DNA of 64,000 bases, from assembly GCA_000996355.1 (NCBI GenBank), contig LCAH01000004.1:14501-78500 (forward strand), given 5' to 3'. A program made the translations under genes and the position numbers. Under the pieces are notes generated by a model. That model saw only the letters and a program-made list of their open reading frames with translations, was not told the origin of the DNA and did not search any database. Position 1 is the first letter of the stretch. The number at the start of each line of letters is the position of its first letter. Shown here in pieces: positions 1 through 11,450 of this stretch. The stretch comes from Candidatus Uhrbacteria bacterium GW2011_GWC2_41_11. GTDB lineage: Bacteria; Patescibacteriota; Patescibacteriia; UBA9934; GWF2-40-263.

Positions 1-6
1 GCCCAC

Positions 7-42
7 CACAAAAAACATCGACGAAAGTCGATGTTTTTTGTG
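7..42. terminator. Intrinsic terminator, 16-bp perfect stem with GAAA loop; may follow a tRNA 3' end (window begins GCCCACCA)
   Basis: CACAAAAAACATCGAC-GAAA-GTCGATGTTTTTTGTG. Confidence 0.8.
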
Positions 43-121
43 TCCTCCATAGTTTAAATGAACGACGGAGGGCTGTATTATTTTTTTTATTAAAAATATT
101 TTTGTGTCATACTAAAGACGT

Positions 122-373
122 ATGTCTCCTTTTTTTCGTGTTCCTCTTGGATTTCTCATTGTTGTGGTTGGTATTCACATGGTTTGGAAAACGGATTTTT
201 ATTATGATCTGACCGGTCCCATTGATTTTGCCGAAGATAAATTAGGATTTGGTGGAACACGTAGTTTTCTTAAACTTATTGGGATAGGTGTGTGTTTTAT
301 TGGGATGGCTGTGGTATCAAATTTGATTTCAGATATTCTTCAAGTCATTGCTCATATTTTTGTTCGGACGTAG
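122..373 (+). CDS. Small membrane protein (2 TM)
   Basis: 83 aa, two hydrophobic segments around a G..G motif. Confidence 0.7.
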   Translation: MSPFFRVPLGFLIVVVGIHMVWKTDFYYDLTGPIDFAEDKLGFGGTRSFLKLIGIGVCFIGMAVVSNLISDILQVIAHIFVRT

Positions 374-455
374 TTTTTTGTTTGAATTCGTTGAATACCG
401 ACCTTGTCTTTTTGCTTTCTATTTGATAGGATGGAGTCAATTTTTAACTTTTTCT

Positions 456-866
456 ATGTCTGTTTTACGTTCTTGGGTTAGTATACAGCCGGCTCCGCTT
501 ACATCAGGATTACTGTTTGGAATGATATTCTTTTTTGTCGTTCTTTTTTTCGGAGGCATCATGGTTCGGGTTCTTGGATCTCGTAAAAATGTGAATCATT
601 ACAACAAAGATATAAAATTTCGTCTCAGCCGTATTTGCATGACCATGGGATTTTTTGGACTTATATTTGTCTTTTTTTCTTACGAACAAGTTCGATTTCT
701 CGGCGCGCGTTTTTGGTATGTCCTCTGGCTTGTTGGAACGTTTGTTTGGGTTGGATTCTTTTCCCATTATCTTCTTCGTGTGATTCCTATGAAACGTGTT
801 GAAGAAGTTGATCGTCAAGAAAAACAAAAATATCTTCCTGGAAGAAAAAAACACAAGAAACATTGA
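456..866 (+). CDS. Hypothetical membrane protein (3 TM, basic tail)
   Basis: In-frame ATG at 456 within ORF 348..866; ends KYLPGRKKHKKH. Confidence 0.7.
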   Translation: MSVLRSWVSIQPAPLTSGLLFGMIFFFVVLFFGGIMVRVLGSRKNVNHYNKDIKFRLSRICMTMGFFGLIFVFFSYEQVRFLGARFWYVLWLVGTFVWVGFFSHYLLRVIPMKRVEEVDRQEKQKYLPGRKKHKKH

Positions 867-880
867 TTCGAAACGAGTTT

Positions 881-1252
881 ATGGAGGAAAGACGTCGATT
901 TGGTAATGAAGGGGAAGAAATGGCTGCTGTATATCTTGAACAATTGGGATATGACATTCTTGCTCGCCAATATCGGACAATGGTTGGGGAAATTGATCTT
1001 ATTGCGCGCGATGGTTCTGAAATCGTTTTTGTTGAAGTGAAAACAAGACACGGAACACGATTCGGGTTTCCAGAAGAATCTGTGACTCCCGCAAAATTGC
1101 GAAAGATACAGATGGGAGCTGAATTTTTTTTGGAACAAAAAGGTTGGTATCATTCTCCCATTCGTGTGGATATTCTCGCTATTCTTTTATTATCAGGTCA
1201 TTGTACAGACATTCAACATTTCAAAGGGATTGACGTTTCATCTCTGATTTGA
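881..1252 (+). CDS. yraN: YraN/UPF0102 family PD-(D/E)xK nuclease-like protein
   Basis: G..GE..A..YL...GY.IL, GEIDLIA, VFVEVKTR. Confidence 0.92.
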   Translation: MEERRRFGNEGEEMAAVYLEQLGYDILARQYRTMVGEIDLIARDGSEIVFVEVKTRHGTRFGFPEESVTPAKLRKIQMGAEFFLEQKGWYHSPIRVDILAILLLSGHCTDIQHFKGIDVSSLI

Positions 1253-1355
1253 AATACTAAAGATATTACAGAACCTGTCGGAAACGACGGGTTTCGTTGT
1301 TTATCGGACTTCCTTATTTTGTATATTTTTTAACTTCACACTCTCACCTCTTTTT

Positions 1356-2603
1356 ATGCCTTCACCTATCGAACAGGCCATGCGACAAATTTGCGAGGAA
1401 AAAGGTCTTTCTATTGAATCTGTTCTTCAAACCATTGAAGCAGCCCTTGCTGCAGCATATCGTAAGGATTTTGGAGAAAAAAATCAGAACATCGAAGTGG
1501 AATTTAATCCGGTAAATGCGGAAATTCGTGTTTTTGATGTAAAGACAGTCGTGGAAGATGTAGACCTTGAAGAGTTAGAACGTCGTCAAGAAGCCAGACG
1601 AGCACGTGCAGAACAGGCAGCACAGGCGTTTACAGAAGCTCGCGAACGTGGAGAACAGATTTCTGCTATGGTTATGGAAGAGGATGAAGAAGAAGAACTG
1701 AAATTCAATCCAAAGACGGACATGATGATTTCAGAAGCTTCTAAAGTAAAAGCAGATGTTGGGCTTGGGGAAATTATTCGAACAGAACTTCCACAACCTG
1801 GGGCATTTGGACGCATGGCAGCTATGACGGCAAAACAAGTGATTACGCAAAAATTGCGCGAAGCAGAACGTGAAATTGTCTTTAGTGAGTTTAAAGAAAA
1901 AGAAGGTGAAGTATTAAACGGAGTTGTTCAACGTCGCGAAGGCCGAATGGTTCTTGTTGATCTTGGACGCATTACTGGTATTTTGCGTCCAGAGGATCAA
2001 ATAGCAAACGAACATTATGTTCCTGGTGAAAAGGTAAAAGTGTTCGTCCGTCAGGTGAGTCTTTCCACTCGTGGACCGGAAATTATCTTGTCTCGTACGG
2101 CTGAGGAACTGGTAAAAAGAATTTTTGAACTGGAAATTCCTGAAATTTCGGATGGGTCTGTTCAGATCAAAGCGATTGCCAGAGAAGCAGGTTCTCGTTC
2201 CAAAGTAGCGGTATCCACAACAGATGAAAATTTGGATCCGATTGGTGCATGTATTGGCCAGCGTGGAACACGTATTCAAACCATTATTGGAGCATTGGGC
2301 GGAGAAAAAATTGATATTATTGAATGGAGTGAAGATCCAGAAAAATTCATTGCTCACGCATTAGCGCCTGCAAAAGCGCAACATGTGGAACTTCGTCCAG
2401 ACCAGCGGCTGGCTGTTGTACAGGTGGATTCGGATCAGCTTTCATTGGCGATTGGAAAAGGCGGACAAAATGTTCGACTTGCTGTCCGGCTCACTGGATG
2501 GAAAATCAATGTAAATGGACAAGAGGTTTCTGAAGAAATCGAAACAGATTCTCTTCTTGAGGAAGTTCCTCAAGAAGAGAAAAAAGAGGAAGAAGCCACC
2601 TAA
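1356..2603 (+). CDS. nusA: Transcription termination/antitermination factor NusA
   Basis: FGRMAAMTAKQVI, S1 domain, AREAGSRSKVAV, AIGKGGQNVRLA (KH); acidic N-terminal insertion. Confidence 0.98.
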   Translation: MPSPIEQAMRQICEEKGLSIESVLQTIEAALAAAYRKDFGEKNQNIEVEFNPVNAEIRVFDVKTVVEDVDLEELERRQEARRARAEQAAQAFTEARERGEQISAMVMEEDEEEELKFNPKTDMMISEASKVKADVGLGEIIRTELPQPGAFGRMAAMTAKQVITQKLREAEREIVFSEFKEKEGEVLNGVVQRREGRMVLVDLGRITGILRPEDQIANEHYVPGEKVKVFVRQVSLSTRGPEIILSRTAEELVKRIFELEIPEISDGSVQIKAIAREAGSRSKVAVSTTDENLDPIGACIGQRGTRIQTIIGALGGEKIDIIEWSEDPEKFIAHALAPAKAQHVELRPDQRLAVVQVDSDQLSLAIGKGGQNVRLAVRLTGWKINVNGQEVSEEIETDSLLEEVPQEEKKEEEAT

Positions 2604-2624
2604 CCATTAGCCTCCGGAATTTTT

Positions 2625-3368
2625 ATGTTTTACGCTGTTTTGTATCAGCCGTTATTCAACCTCCTTATTTGGCTGTACAACATTATTCCGGGAATGGATC
2701 TTGGATTTGCTATTATTGCCATTTCTCTTGTTACAAAATTGGTTTTGTGGCCATTTTCGCATGTCGCTCTTAAATCTCAAAAATCCTTGCAGGAAATCCA
2801 GCCGAAACTTGAGGCTCTGAAGGAACAATTTAAAGATGATAAGGAAGGACTCACAAAAGCCATGATGCAGTTGTATCAAACGGAAAAAGTAAATCCGTTA
2901 TCTTCCTGCCTTCCTTTGCTTATTCAATTGCCTATTCTCTTTGCTCTTTACGCGGTTTTACGCGACGGGTTACGTGTAGACAGTTTGGTTCATTTGTATC
3001 CATTTATTCATAATCCAGGTTCCATCAATCCATTCTTTTTAAACTGGATTGATTTAGGTCAACCACATCTTGTGATGGCAATTGTGGCAGGAATATTGCA
3101 ATTCGTTCAAACAAAAATGCTCATGACTCAACGTCCGCCACGAGCGATTCGTAAAAAGGAGGGAGCCAAAGATGAAGATATGCTCACAGCGATGAACCAG
3201 TCCATGACATATATGATGCCAATTATGACGGTGGTGATAGGAGCATCATTGCCAGGTGGGTTGACGTTATATTGGATTGTCATGAATATTTTTTCCATTG
3301 TTCAGCAATTTTTCGTTTTGAAATCGCACAAAAAATCTGAGATATCTTCTCCTGTGATTTCACAGTAA
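2625..3368 (+). CDS. yidC: Membrane protein insertase YidC/Oxa1 (short form)
   Basis: VNPLSSCLPLLIQLPIL, GLTLYW. Confidence 0.95.
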   Translation: MFYAVLYQPLFNLLIWLYNIIPGMDLGFAIIAISLVTKLVLWPFSHVALKSQKSLQEIQPKLEALKEQFKDDKEGLTKAMMQLYQTEKVNPLSSCLPLLIQLPILFALYAVLRDGLRVDSLVHLYPFIHNPGSINPFFLNWIDLGQPHLVMAIVAGILQFVQTKMLMTQRPPRAIRKKEGAKDEDMLTAMNQSMTYMMPIMTVVIGASLPGGLTLYWIVMNIFSIVQQFFVLKSHKKSEISSPVISQ

Positions 3369-3374
3369 AAAAGT

Positions 3375-4337
3375 ATGGATACTTTGGCAGCAACCTCTCC
3401 CACATCTGAGGAAGCGGCTTTCTATCGTACGATTGCGTGGTTTTGGTTTTTAGATTACCCGCTTACTTTTTTTGAGGTTTGGAAATGGGTGATGAAACCG
3501 CCACATTCATTTTTTCCTGAAGAGGTTCAAAATTTTTTAGAGCAACATTCATGGTTAAGAGATCGACTTGTTGTTGAGGGAGGATTTATAACCCTTCGAC
3601 GTCCTGGTTATTCCCTTGCGGAGCTTGTTATACTTCGTCAACATCGTTTTGTTGATGCAACGAGAAAATTCCGAAAGCTCAATCATTTTTTGTCTTTTTT
3701 TCGTTTGCTTCCTTGGATTCGGATGGTGGCTGCATGCAATTCTTTAGCTTGGTATCAAACGGAACAAACAAGTGATATTGATCTTTTTATTATTGTTCGT
3801 ACAGGAACGCTTTGGCTCACGCGTCTTTTTCTTGTGACTCCATTTGCTCTTCTTGGTCTTCGGCCGAAGCTCTCCACAACAGAAGATAAAATGATTCAAC
3901 AGGATCCATTTTGTTTTAGTTTTTTTCTTGACGAAAAATATCTGTCTCTCGAAAAAATTCAACTTCCTGGGGAAGATCCCTATCTTGCTTCATGGGTATT
4001 ATCCCTTGTTCCTGTGTATGATCCAGATGGACTGTATGATGTATTTTTGAATCAAAATAGTTGGAGTCATGAATTTTTTCCGCATGCAACTGCATCTATT
4101 CACGAAGGTAAGAAAATACAGCGCTCTTTTTTTTCTTTTTTGTTTCGGGTTTCTTTTTTTGAACCTTGGGCAAAGAAGATACAAATGAAACGTTTACCTG
4201 CAGTCATTCGTGAACAAATGAATAAAGATTCTTGTGTGGTTGTTTCAGATCAGATGTTAAAATTTCATAGTAATGATCGACGGGCATTTTATCGGGATCA
4301 ATGGAAAAAACTTTTAAAAGAGGAAGGAATTTCATGA
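3375..4337 (+). CDS. Nucleotidyltransferase-fold hypothetical protein
   Basis: NSLA..SDIDLFII motif; LKFH.ND.R C-terminus. Confidence 0.7.
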   Translation: MDTLAATSPTSEEAAFYRTIAWFWFLDYPLTFFEVWKWVMKPPHSFFPEEVQNFLEQHSWLRDRLVVEGGFITLRRPGYSLAELVILRQHRFVDATRKFRKLNHFLSFFRLLPWIRMVAACNSLAWYQTEQTSDIDLFIIVRTGTLWLTRLFLVTPFALLGLRPKLSTTEDKMIQQDPFCFSFFLDEKYLSLEKIQLPGEDPYLASWVLSLVPVYDPDGLYDVFLNQNSWSHEFFPHATASIHEGKKIQRSFFSFLFRVSFFEPWAKKIQMKRLPAVIREQMNKDSCVVVSDQMLKFHSNDRRAFYRDQWKKLLKEEGIS

Positions 4338-5644
4338 TGACTCTTTCTCGTCAAAATTTGGCGAATGGTTTTACGTATCTCGCCCTTTTTTTGCTGCCAT
4401 GGCAAACGCGGTGGATTTTTGCGCGTCTCAATTTGGGTGGTGAACCATGGGAGTATGGAGTGCTCAGTTTATACGCGGTGGAGATACTTATTTTCTGTGC
4501 CGTTCTTTTACGTGGAAGATTTCACTGGCCATTGAAAATGCATTCACTTATTTTTCCAGGAGGTATTTTTTTTGGCCTTTCGTTTATTTTCTCTTTTTTT
4601 TCTCTTGTTCCTATTCTTTCTTTTGTCACGCTTTTTCATACATTTTTTGCCTTTCTTCTGTTTCTTCTTTTGTTGGATGAACGTCTCTCTTTTTTTACAA
4701 GTCTTACATATTTTTTTTGTGGGTTACTTGTTCCTGTCTGTCTCGGATGGTTTCAAGTTTTGACTGGGACAAGTCCTGCCTCTACTTTTTTTGGACTTGC
4801 CGAACATATGGCCACAACACTCGGTGTTTCTGTTATTGAAACGAGTGCTGGACGGTTGATGCGTGCATACGGTTCTTTTTCTCATCCAAATATTTTTGGT
4901 GGTTTTTTAGCTGTGGCGGTTTTTTTTGCTAGTATCTTTCCTATTGTTTTTCAGAAGAAAAAAACGATTTGGTTTGTTCTTGCTGCTTTTCTGTCAAGCA
5001 CAACACTGATCGTAACGTTTTCTCGATCTGCTTGGGTGGCGATTGTAGTCAGTTTGATTTTATTTTTTCTTTTTGTGTGGTTTGAAAGAAAAGAATCGAA
5101 AAGATTTCATCGATCTTTTGGTGTGATGAGTTTTGTGTTGATTGGAGGATGCATTGCTCTTTTTGGGTTTCGTGATGCGGTTATGACACGTTTTAATTCC
5201 ACTGTCCGCCTGGAAGTGAAGTCTGTTTCAGATCGAGTCTTTGAATACGGAGATTTTCAAACCCTTTATTCGTCGTTGCATCCAATGCAATGGTTTTATG
5301 GAATAGGTTCTGGAACATATACGGTTGCTCTTGAACAACTGAATCCCGGATATTCCGTTTGGAACTACCAACCTATTCATAACACCGTTTTTCTTTTTTT
5401 GATTGAAAATGGATGGATCCTTTTTCTCATTGCAACCGTTTGGCTCGGAATGTATCTCAACTATTTTTTTAAATATCGTGTGCAAGGAGGAATTATTGGA
5501 ATCATTTTTTGCGTTTTATATGGAACAATTGCCTTATTTGATCATTATCTTTGGAGTTCCTGGAGCGGGATGGTGTTGATTGCCGTATCTGTGGGTTTTA
5601 GTTTGCGTTTTGTGCAAGAAAAAGAAAAAGAGAATAGCGGTTGA
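4334..5644 (+). CDS. O-antigen ligase (Wzy_C/WaaL-like) membrane protein
   Basis: RAYGSFSHPNIFGGFL, TFSRSAW, PIHN, FDHYLW; many TM segments. Confidence 0.9.
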   Translation: MMTLSRQNLANGFTYLALFLLPWQTRWIFARLNLGGEPWEYGVLSLYAVEILIFCAVLLRGRFHWPLKMHSLIFPGGIFFGLSFIFSFFSLVPILSFVTLFHTFFAFLLFLLLLDERLSFFTSLTYFFCGLLVPVCLGWFQVLTGTSPASTFFGLAEHMATTLGVSVIETSAGRLMRAYGSFSHPNIFGGFLAVAVFFASIFPIVFQKKKTIWFVLAAFLSSTTLIVTFSRSAWVAIVVSLILFFLFVWFERKESKRFHRSFGVMSFVLIGGCIALFGFRDAVMTRFNSTVRLEVKSVSDRVFEYGDFQTLYSSLHPMQWFYGIGSGTYTVALEQLNPGYSVWNYQPIHNTVFLFLIENGWILFLIATVWLGMYLNYFFKYRVQGGIIGIIFCVLYGTIALFDHYLWSSWSGMVLIAVSVGFSLRFVQEKEKENSG

Positions 5645-5669
5645 CAAGGGGAAATTTGATGTCTAAGAT
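5641..5669 (+). promoter_or_regulatory. Sigma70-type promoter of groESL
   Basis: TTGACA-N17-TAAGAT. Confidence 0.8.
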
Positions 5670-5676
5670 ACGAACG

Positions 5677-5703
5677 TTAGCACTCAAGGAGGATGACTGC
5701 TAG
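5677..5703 (+). promoter_or_regulatory. CIRCE operator (HrcA site)
   Basis: TTAGCACTC-N9-GACTGCTAG versus consensus TTAGCACTC-N9-GAGTGCTAA, directly upstream of groES. Confidence 0.9.
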
Positions 5704-5750
5704 CGTCTTTTTTCTTAAAAATTGTTTATTTATTATTTTTTTCATGTCCT

Positions 5751-6041
5751 ATGAAAATCCAGCCTATCGGAGAACATGTTATCGTCAAAACCTTGCCGTT
5801 TCAGGATGTGACAAAGTCCGGCATTGTCCTTCCTGATACCGTTGACAAGGATCGTCCTGAACAAGGAGAAGTTGTTGCTGTTGGTCCAGGAAAAGTTTTG
5901 GAAAATGGCCAGCGCGGACCCATGGATGTTGCCATCGGTCAAAAAGTTGTTTTTAAAAAATATGCTCCAGATGAAATCAAGATAGAAGGAGAGAAATATC
6001 TTGTGATTCGCATGGATGACATTATGGCTGTGATTGAATAA
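5751..6041 (+). CDS. groES: Co-chaperonin GroES
   Basis: TKSGIVLPD, GEVVAVGPG. Confidence 0.98.
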   Translation: MKIQPIGEHVIVKTLPFQDVTKSGIVLPDTVDKDRPEQGEVVAVGPGKVLENGQRGPMDVAIGQKVVFKKYAPDEIKIEGEKYLVIRMDDIMAVIE

Positions 6042-7694
<1,653 letters not shown>

Positions 7695-7705
7695 AAGATT
7701 TTTTT

Positions 7706-7737
7706 TCAAAAGAGGGTGGATTTCCACCCTCTTTTGA
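7706..7737. terminator. groEL terminator
   Basis: TCAAAAGAGGGTGGA-TT-TCCACCCTCTTTTGA. Confidence 0.85.
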
Positions 7738-7753
7738 TATACTGTACCTATCT

Positions 7754-8888
7754 ATGAAAGAACTTATTTCCGAAATAAAAGTCCTCCGGGAGCGGATCCG
7801 CGCCACCTGGGGGTTACTTTGACCTTGATACGGTTGCGATTCAGGCAAAAGTATTGGAAACAGAAATGGGAGCTCTTGATTTTTGGCAGAATGCAGACCA
7901 TGCAAAACGTATTTCAAAACAAGCAGCTGATTTGCGTTCTGAATTGAATATCTGGCAAACCCTTATTCGAGAGGTTGAGGATTTACTTGCTCTTGCTGAA
8001 CTTGCTGAATCTGAAGGAGACGAGCAACTCCATGACGATATTGCACATAAGATTGAGACACACAAAACGTATTTTGCTCAACTGGAATTTGCGACGCTTT
8101 TTTCCGGAGGACATGACAAAACAAACGCGATTGTCTCCATTCATGCCGGAGCCGGAGGAACAGAAGCCCAGGATTGGGCTGAAATGCTTTTGCGTATGCT
8201 TCTGCGTTTTGCAGAACGAAAAAATTGGGAAACGAATGTGCTTTGGGAATCACGCGGAGAAGAAGCAGGAATCAAAAGTGTCACCTTTCGCGTGGCTGGT
8301 CGTTATGCGTTTGGATATTTAAAATCCGAAGCTGGAGTACATCGGCTTGTGCGACAGTCTCCGTTTAATGCAGATCAGTTACGTCAGACCTCTTTTGCTT
8401 TGATTGAAGTGATCCCTGAACTGGAAGAAGCGGAAGATATTGCTGTTGATCCAAAAGATTTGCGTATTGATACGTTTATGGCTGGAGGTCATGGAGGACA
8501 GAGCGTAAATACAACGTATTCTGCTGTACGTATTGTCCATATTCCAACTGGTATAACTGTTTCTTGTCAAAATGAACGCAGTCAGTTACAAAATAAAGAA
8601 ACCGCTTTAAAAGTATTGAAATCGCGTTTGTTTCAAATGGCGGAAGCAAAACGGGAAGCGGAAAAAAAGAATTTACGTGGGGAATTCAAGAGTGCGGAAT
8701 GGGGAAATCAGATTCGCAGTTATGTGCTTCATCCGTATCAGATGGTAAAAGATCATCGAACCGAATATGAAACAAGTGATACACAAGGAGTGTTGGATGG
8801 AAAATTAGAACCGTTTATGGAAGCATTTCTTCGCCAGCAGTTAGGTGATTCCGATCGTTTTGCAAATGCAAATAAGGAATCAGATTAA
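7754..8888 (+). CDS. prfB: Peptide chain release factor 2 with programmed +1 frameshift at 7817-7823
   Basis: ATG 7754 runs in frame to CTT-TGA-C preceded by GGGGG; the +1 frame joins ORF 7854..8888, which has SPF and GGQ motifs. Confidence 0.96.
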
Positions 8889-8896
8889 ACGTCTTT

Positions 8897-9835
8897 ATGC
8901 CCAAAGCTTTTCGTCGTGCCTTGGTAACGGGTGGAGCTGGATTTATTGGCTCTCATCTTGTGGACAAACTCATTCGATGTCGCATGCAGGTATGTGTGGT
9001 TGATGATTTATCTTCTGGGGAACGTTCATTTGTAAATCCAAAAGCAGAATTTTTTCAGATGTCCATCAATGATCCAGAATTCTTTTTTTTGGTTCAACGC
9101 ATAAAACCGGATGTTATTTTTCATTTGGCAGCGCAAATCAATGTTCGATATTCGGTAAAAAATCCGCGACATGATGCCGAGGTGAATATTTTGGGAACCC
9201 TTGCTGTCCTTCAGGCAGCAAAAGAAAGCAATGTAAAAAAGATTGTGTTTTCTTCTTCAGGAGGAGCCATGTTTGGAAAAGGAAAGCCTCCTTATACGGA
9301 AATGGTTTCCCCAAATCCATTTTCTCCATATGGAATATCGAAACGCGCTGCGGAATTGTATTTTTTGCAAACACAAGCCTTGTACAATCTTCCATGTGTG
9401 ATTTTGCGTTATGCGAATGTATATGGACCGCGACAAGGAGCAAAAGGGGAGGCTGGGGTCATCTCGGTGTTTGCTCGTCGGATGCTTGCGGGTGGATCTG
9501 TCACCATGAATGGTTCCGGAAAACAAACAAGAGATTTTGTGTATGTCGATGATGTGGTTGCGGCAAATATTTTGGCAATGAAGTTTCCTCAGAGTGATCT
9601 TTTCCATATTGGAACAGGAAAAGAAACAAGCATTCTCACCCTCTATCGTGCCATGGAAAAATGTATGAATATTTCGCTTGCGTTGAATCATATCCCTCCT
9701 GTTTCAGGTGAAGTCATGCATTCTTCTTTGGATGCTCATCGAGCAAGGCGTGTTTTAAAATGGCAACCAACGGTGAAACTGGAAGAAGGACTTCAACGAA
9801 CAATTGCGTGGTTTAAAATGCAAGAAAAGAAATAG
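8897..9835 (+). CDS. NAD-dependent epimerase/dehydratase (UDP-glucose 4-epimerase-like)
   Basis: TGGAGFIGS, YGISK, RYANVYGPRQ. Confidence 0.92.
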   Translation: MPKAFRRALVTGGAGFIGSHLVDKLIRCRMQVCVVDDLSSGERSFVNPKAEFFQMSINDPEFFFLVQRIKPDVIFHLAAQINVRYSVKNPRHDAEVNILGTLAVLQAAKESNVKKIVFSSSGGAMFGKGKPPYTEMVSPNPFSPYGISKRAAELYFLQTQALYNLPCVILRYANVYGPRQGAKGEAGVISVFARRMLAGGSVTMNGSGKQTRDFVYVDDVVAANILAMKFPQSDLFHIGTGKETSILTLYRAMEKCMNISLALNHIPPVSGEVMHSSLDAHRARRVLKWQPTVKLEEGLQRTIAWFKMQEKK

Positions 9836-9840
9836 ATTGT

Positions 9841-10644
9841 ATGAACATTCGGGCAAAAAAATCATTTGGTCAGCATTTTTTGACTGATCAACACGTTGTC
9901 CGAAAAATTGTGGAAGCTGCTGAGATTGTTCCTAGACAATGGATTTTGGAAATTGGTCCTGGAACAGGTGTTTTAACACGAGCCCTTGTGGATGCTGGGG
10001 CAAACGTTGCGGCAGTGGAAGCAGATCATGATTTGATCCACCCGCTCCGTGAACAATTTGAAAATAAAATTATCCTTTTTGAAGGAGATATTCTTGGGAG
10101 TGCCGGTAAAGCAGCAGAAAAATTTTTGCAGGATCAAAAAATGCCATTTCAGGTTGTGGCAAATATTCCTTACAACATCACTTCTCCTATTCTTGAACAT
10201 TTTTTTCGCGAAACTCCATATCCGTTTCGTTTAGTTCTTATGGTGCAAAAGGAGGTTGCGGATCGCATGCTTGCCACACCTCCAGACATGAGTCTCTTGT
10301 CTGTGGTGATACAACTTTACGCAACAGGAAAAAAAGTCGTAAAAGTTTCGAGTGGAGCGTTTCGTCCTTCGCCGAAAGTGGATTCAATGGTGGTTCGTTT
10401 AGATAGGCGATCTACTTGGATCAAAGGAATAAATCCGGAAAACGTTATTGCGGTTGCGAAAGCGGGTTTTCACGCTCGCCGCAAACAATTGCATCGAAAT
10501 ATTGCAGAAGCAGGGTTCTGTTCCTCTGAAGAAATGAAACAAATTCTTTTTAGACTAGGAAAAGATTCACGCAGCCGAGCAGAAAATTTAACCGTTGAAG
10601 ATTGGGCAGAACTCACTTCTCTTCTTGTGAATAGAAAAAAGTAG
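9841..10644 (+). CDS. rsmA: 16S rRNA adenine dimethyltransferase
   Basis: KKSFGQHFL, EIGPGTG, VANIPYNIT, FRPSPKVDS. Confidence 0.97.
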   Translation: MNIRAKKSFGQHFLTDQHVVRKIVEAAEIVPRQWILEIGPGTGVLTRALVDAGANVAAVEADHDLIHPLREQFENKIILFEGDILGSAGKAAEKFLQDQKMPFQVVANIPYNITSPILEHFFRETPYPFRLVLMVQKEVADRMLATPPDMSLLSVVIQLYATGKKVVKVSSGAFRPSPKVDSMVVRLDRRSTWIKGINPENVIAVAKAGFHARRKQLHRNIAEAGFCSSEEMKQILFRLGKDSRSRAENLTVEDWAELTSLLVNRKK

Positions 10645-10682
10645 AAACCCAAACAAAGAAGGTGGTATACTATTTTCAAACT

Positions 10683-11444
10683 ATGGATGATGTTGAACAG
10701 GAAGAACTGTCCAAGGCGCGGCAGAATCGTCGCACATTAACCTCTGAACAGCGGGTTGTCTTTGTGTTATTGATTTTTATTGGAATTCTTGGAACTATTT
10801 TTGGATTTCGTGCCATTCCTGCACATTTACGCCGACCGTTTGATGAACAATTGGCAAGCTATAAAGGTCCGGAGTTTTTAACAGAATCTGAACAAGAATC
10901 TCGGGAAGCCGAACGTCAAAAAACGTCGGATACAGATAAAGACGGTCTCAAGGATTATGATGAATTGTATGTTTTTAAGACGAGCCCTTATCTCACAGAT
11001 TCAGATTCGGATGGTTTTGATGATAAGACAGAGGTATATTCCGGAAATGATCCAAATTGTCCAACAGGAAAAAATTGTGGAACGACATTAGTGGAATCAT
11101 CAGAAGGAACAGGTTCAACATCTGCAGATGTTCCGGCTCTTCTAGCAAATATTTTAAGTGTAGATCCAACACGTTTTGAAAATACTTCGTTTCAATCTTT
11201 AGAAGACGTGCAAGGATTTTTTTCAAGCTTGAGTGCAGCAGAAGTTCGATCTTTACTTATTTCTCAAGGAATTCCAGCTCAAACAGTTGAACAATTAAGC
11301 GATGAACAATTACAAGAACTTTTACAAGCCTCGGTAGATGAAGCAAGTACTTCAGGTCAATTCGATTCGCTTATTCAATCATCTGGAGAAGGGGAGGTAG
11401 CTCCTTCTTCCGAATCTTCAAATCAAAACATTTCCACTGAATAA
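10683..11444 (+). CDS. Membrane-anchored protein with Ca-binding DxDxDG (TSP3-like) repeats
   Basis: One TM, DTDKDGLKD..E, DSDSDGFDD..E. Confidence 0.8.
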   Translation: MDDVEQEELSKARQNRRTLTSEQRVVFVLLIFIGILGTIFGFRAIPAHLRRPFDEQLASYKGPEFLTESEQESREAERQKTSDTDKDGLKDYDELYVFKTSPYLTDSDSDGFDDKTEVYSGNDPNCPTGKNCGTTLVESSEGTGSTSADVPALLANILSVDPTRFENTSFQSLEDVQGFFSSLSAAEVRSLLISQGIPAQTVEQLSDEQLQELLQASVDEASTSGQFDSLIQSSGEGEVAPSSESSNQNISTE

Positions 11445-11450
11445 CTTGTT

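Noticed and set aside
1560-1710. Charged insertion in the NusA N-terminal domain
   Set aside because: Low-complexity insertions here are, from recall, common in CPR NusA; no intein motifs.
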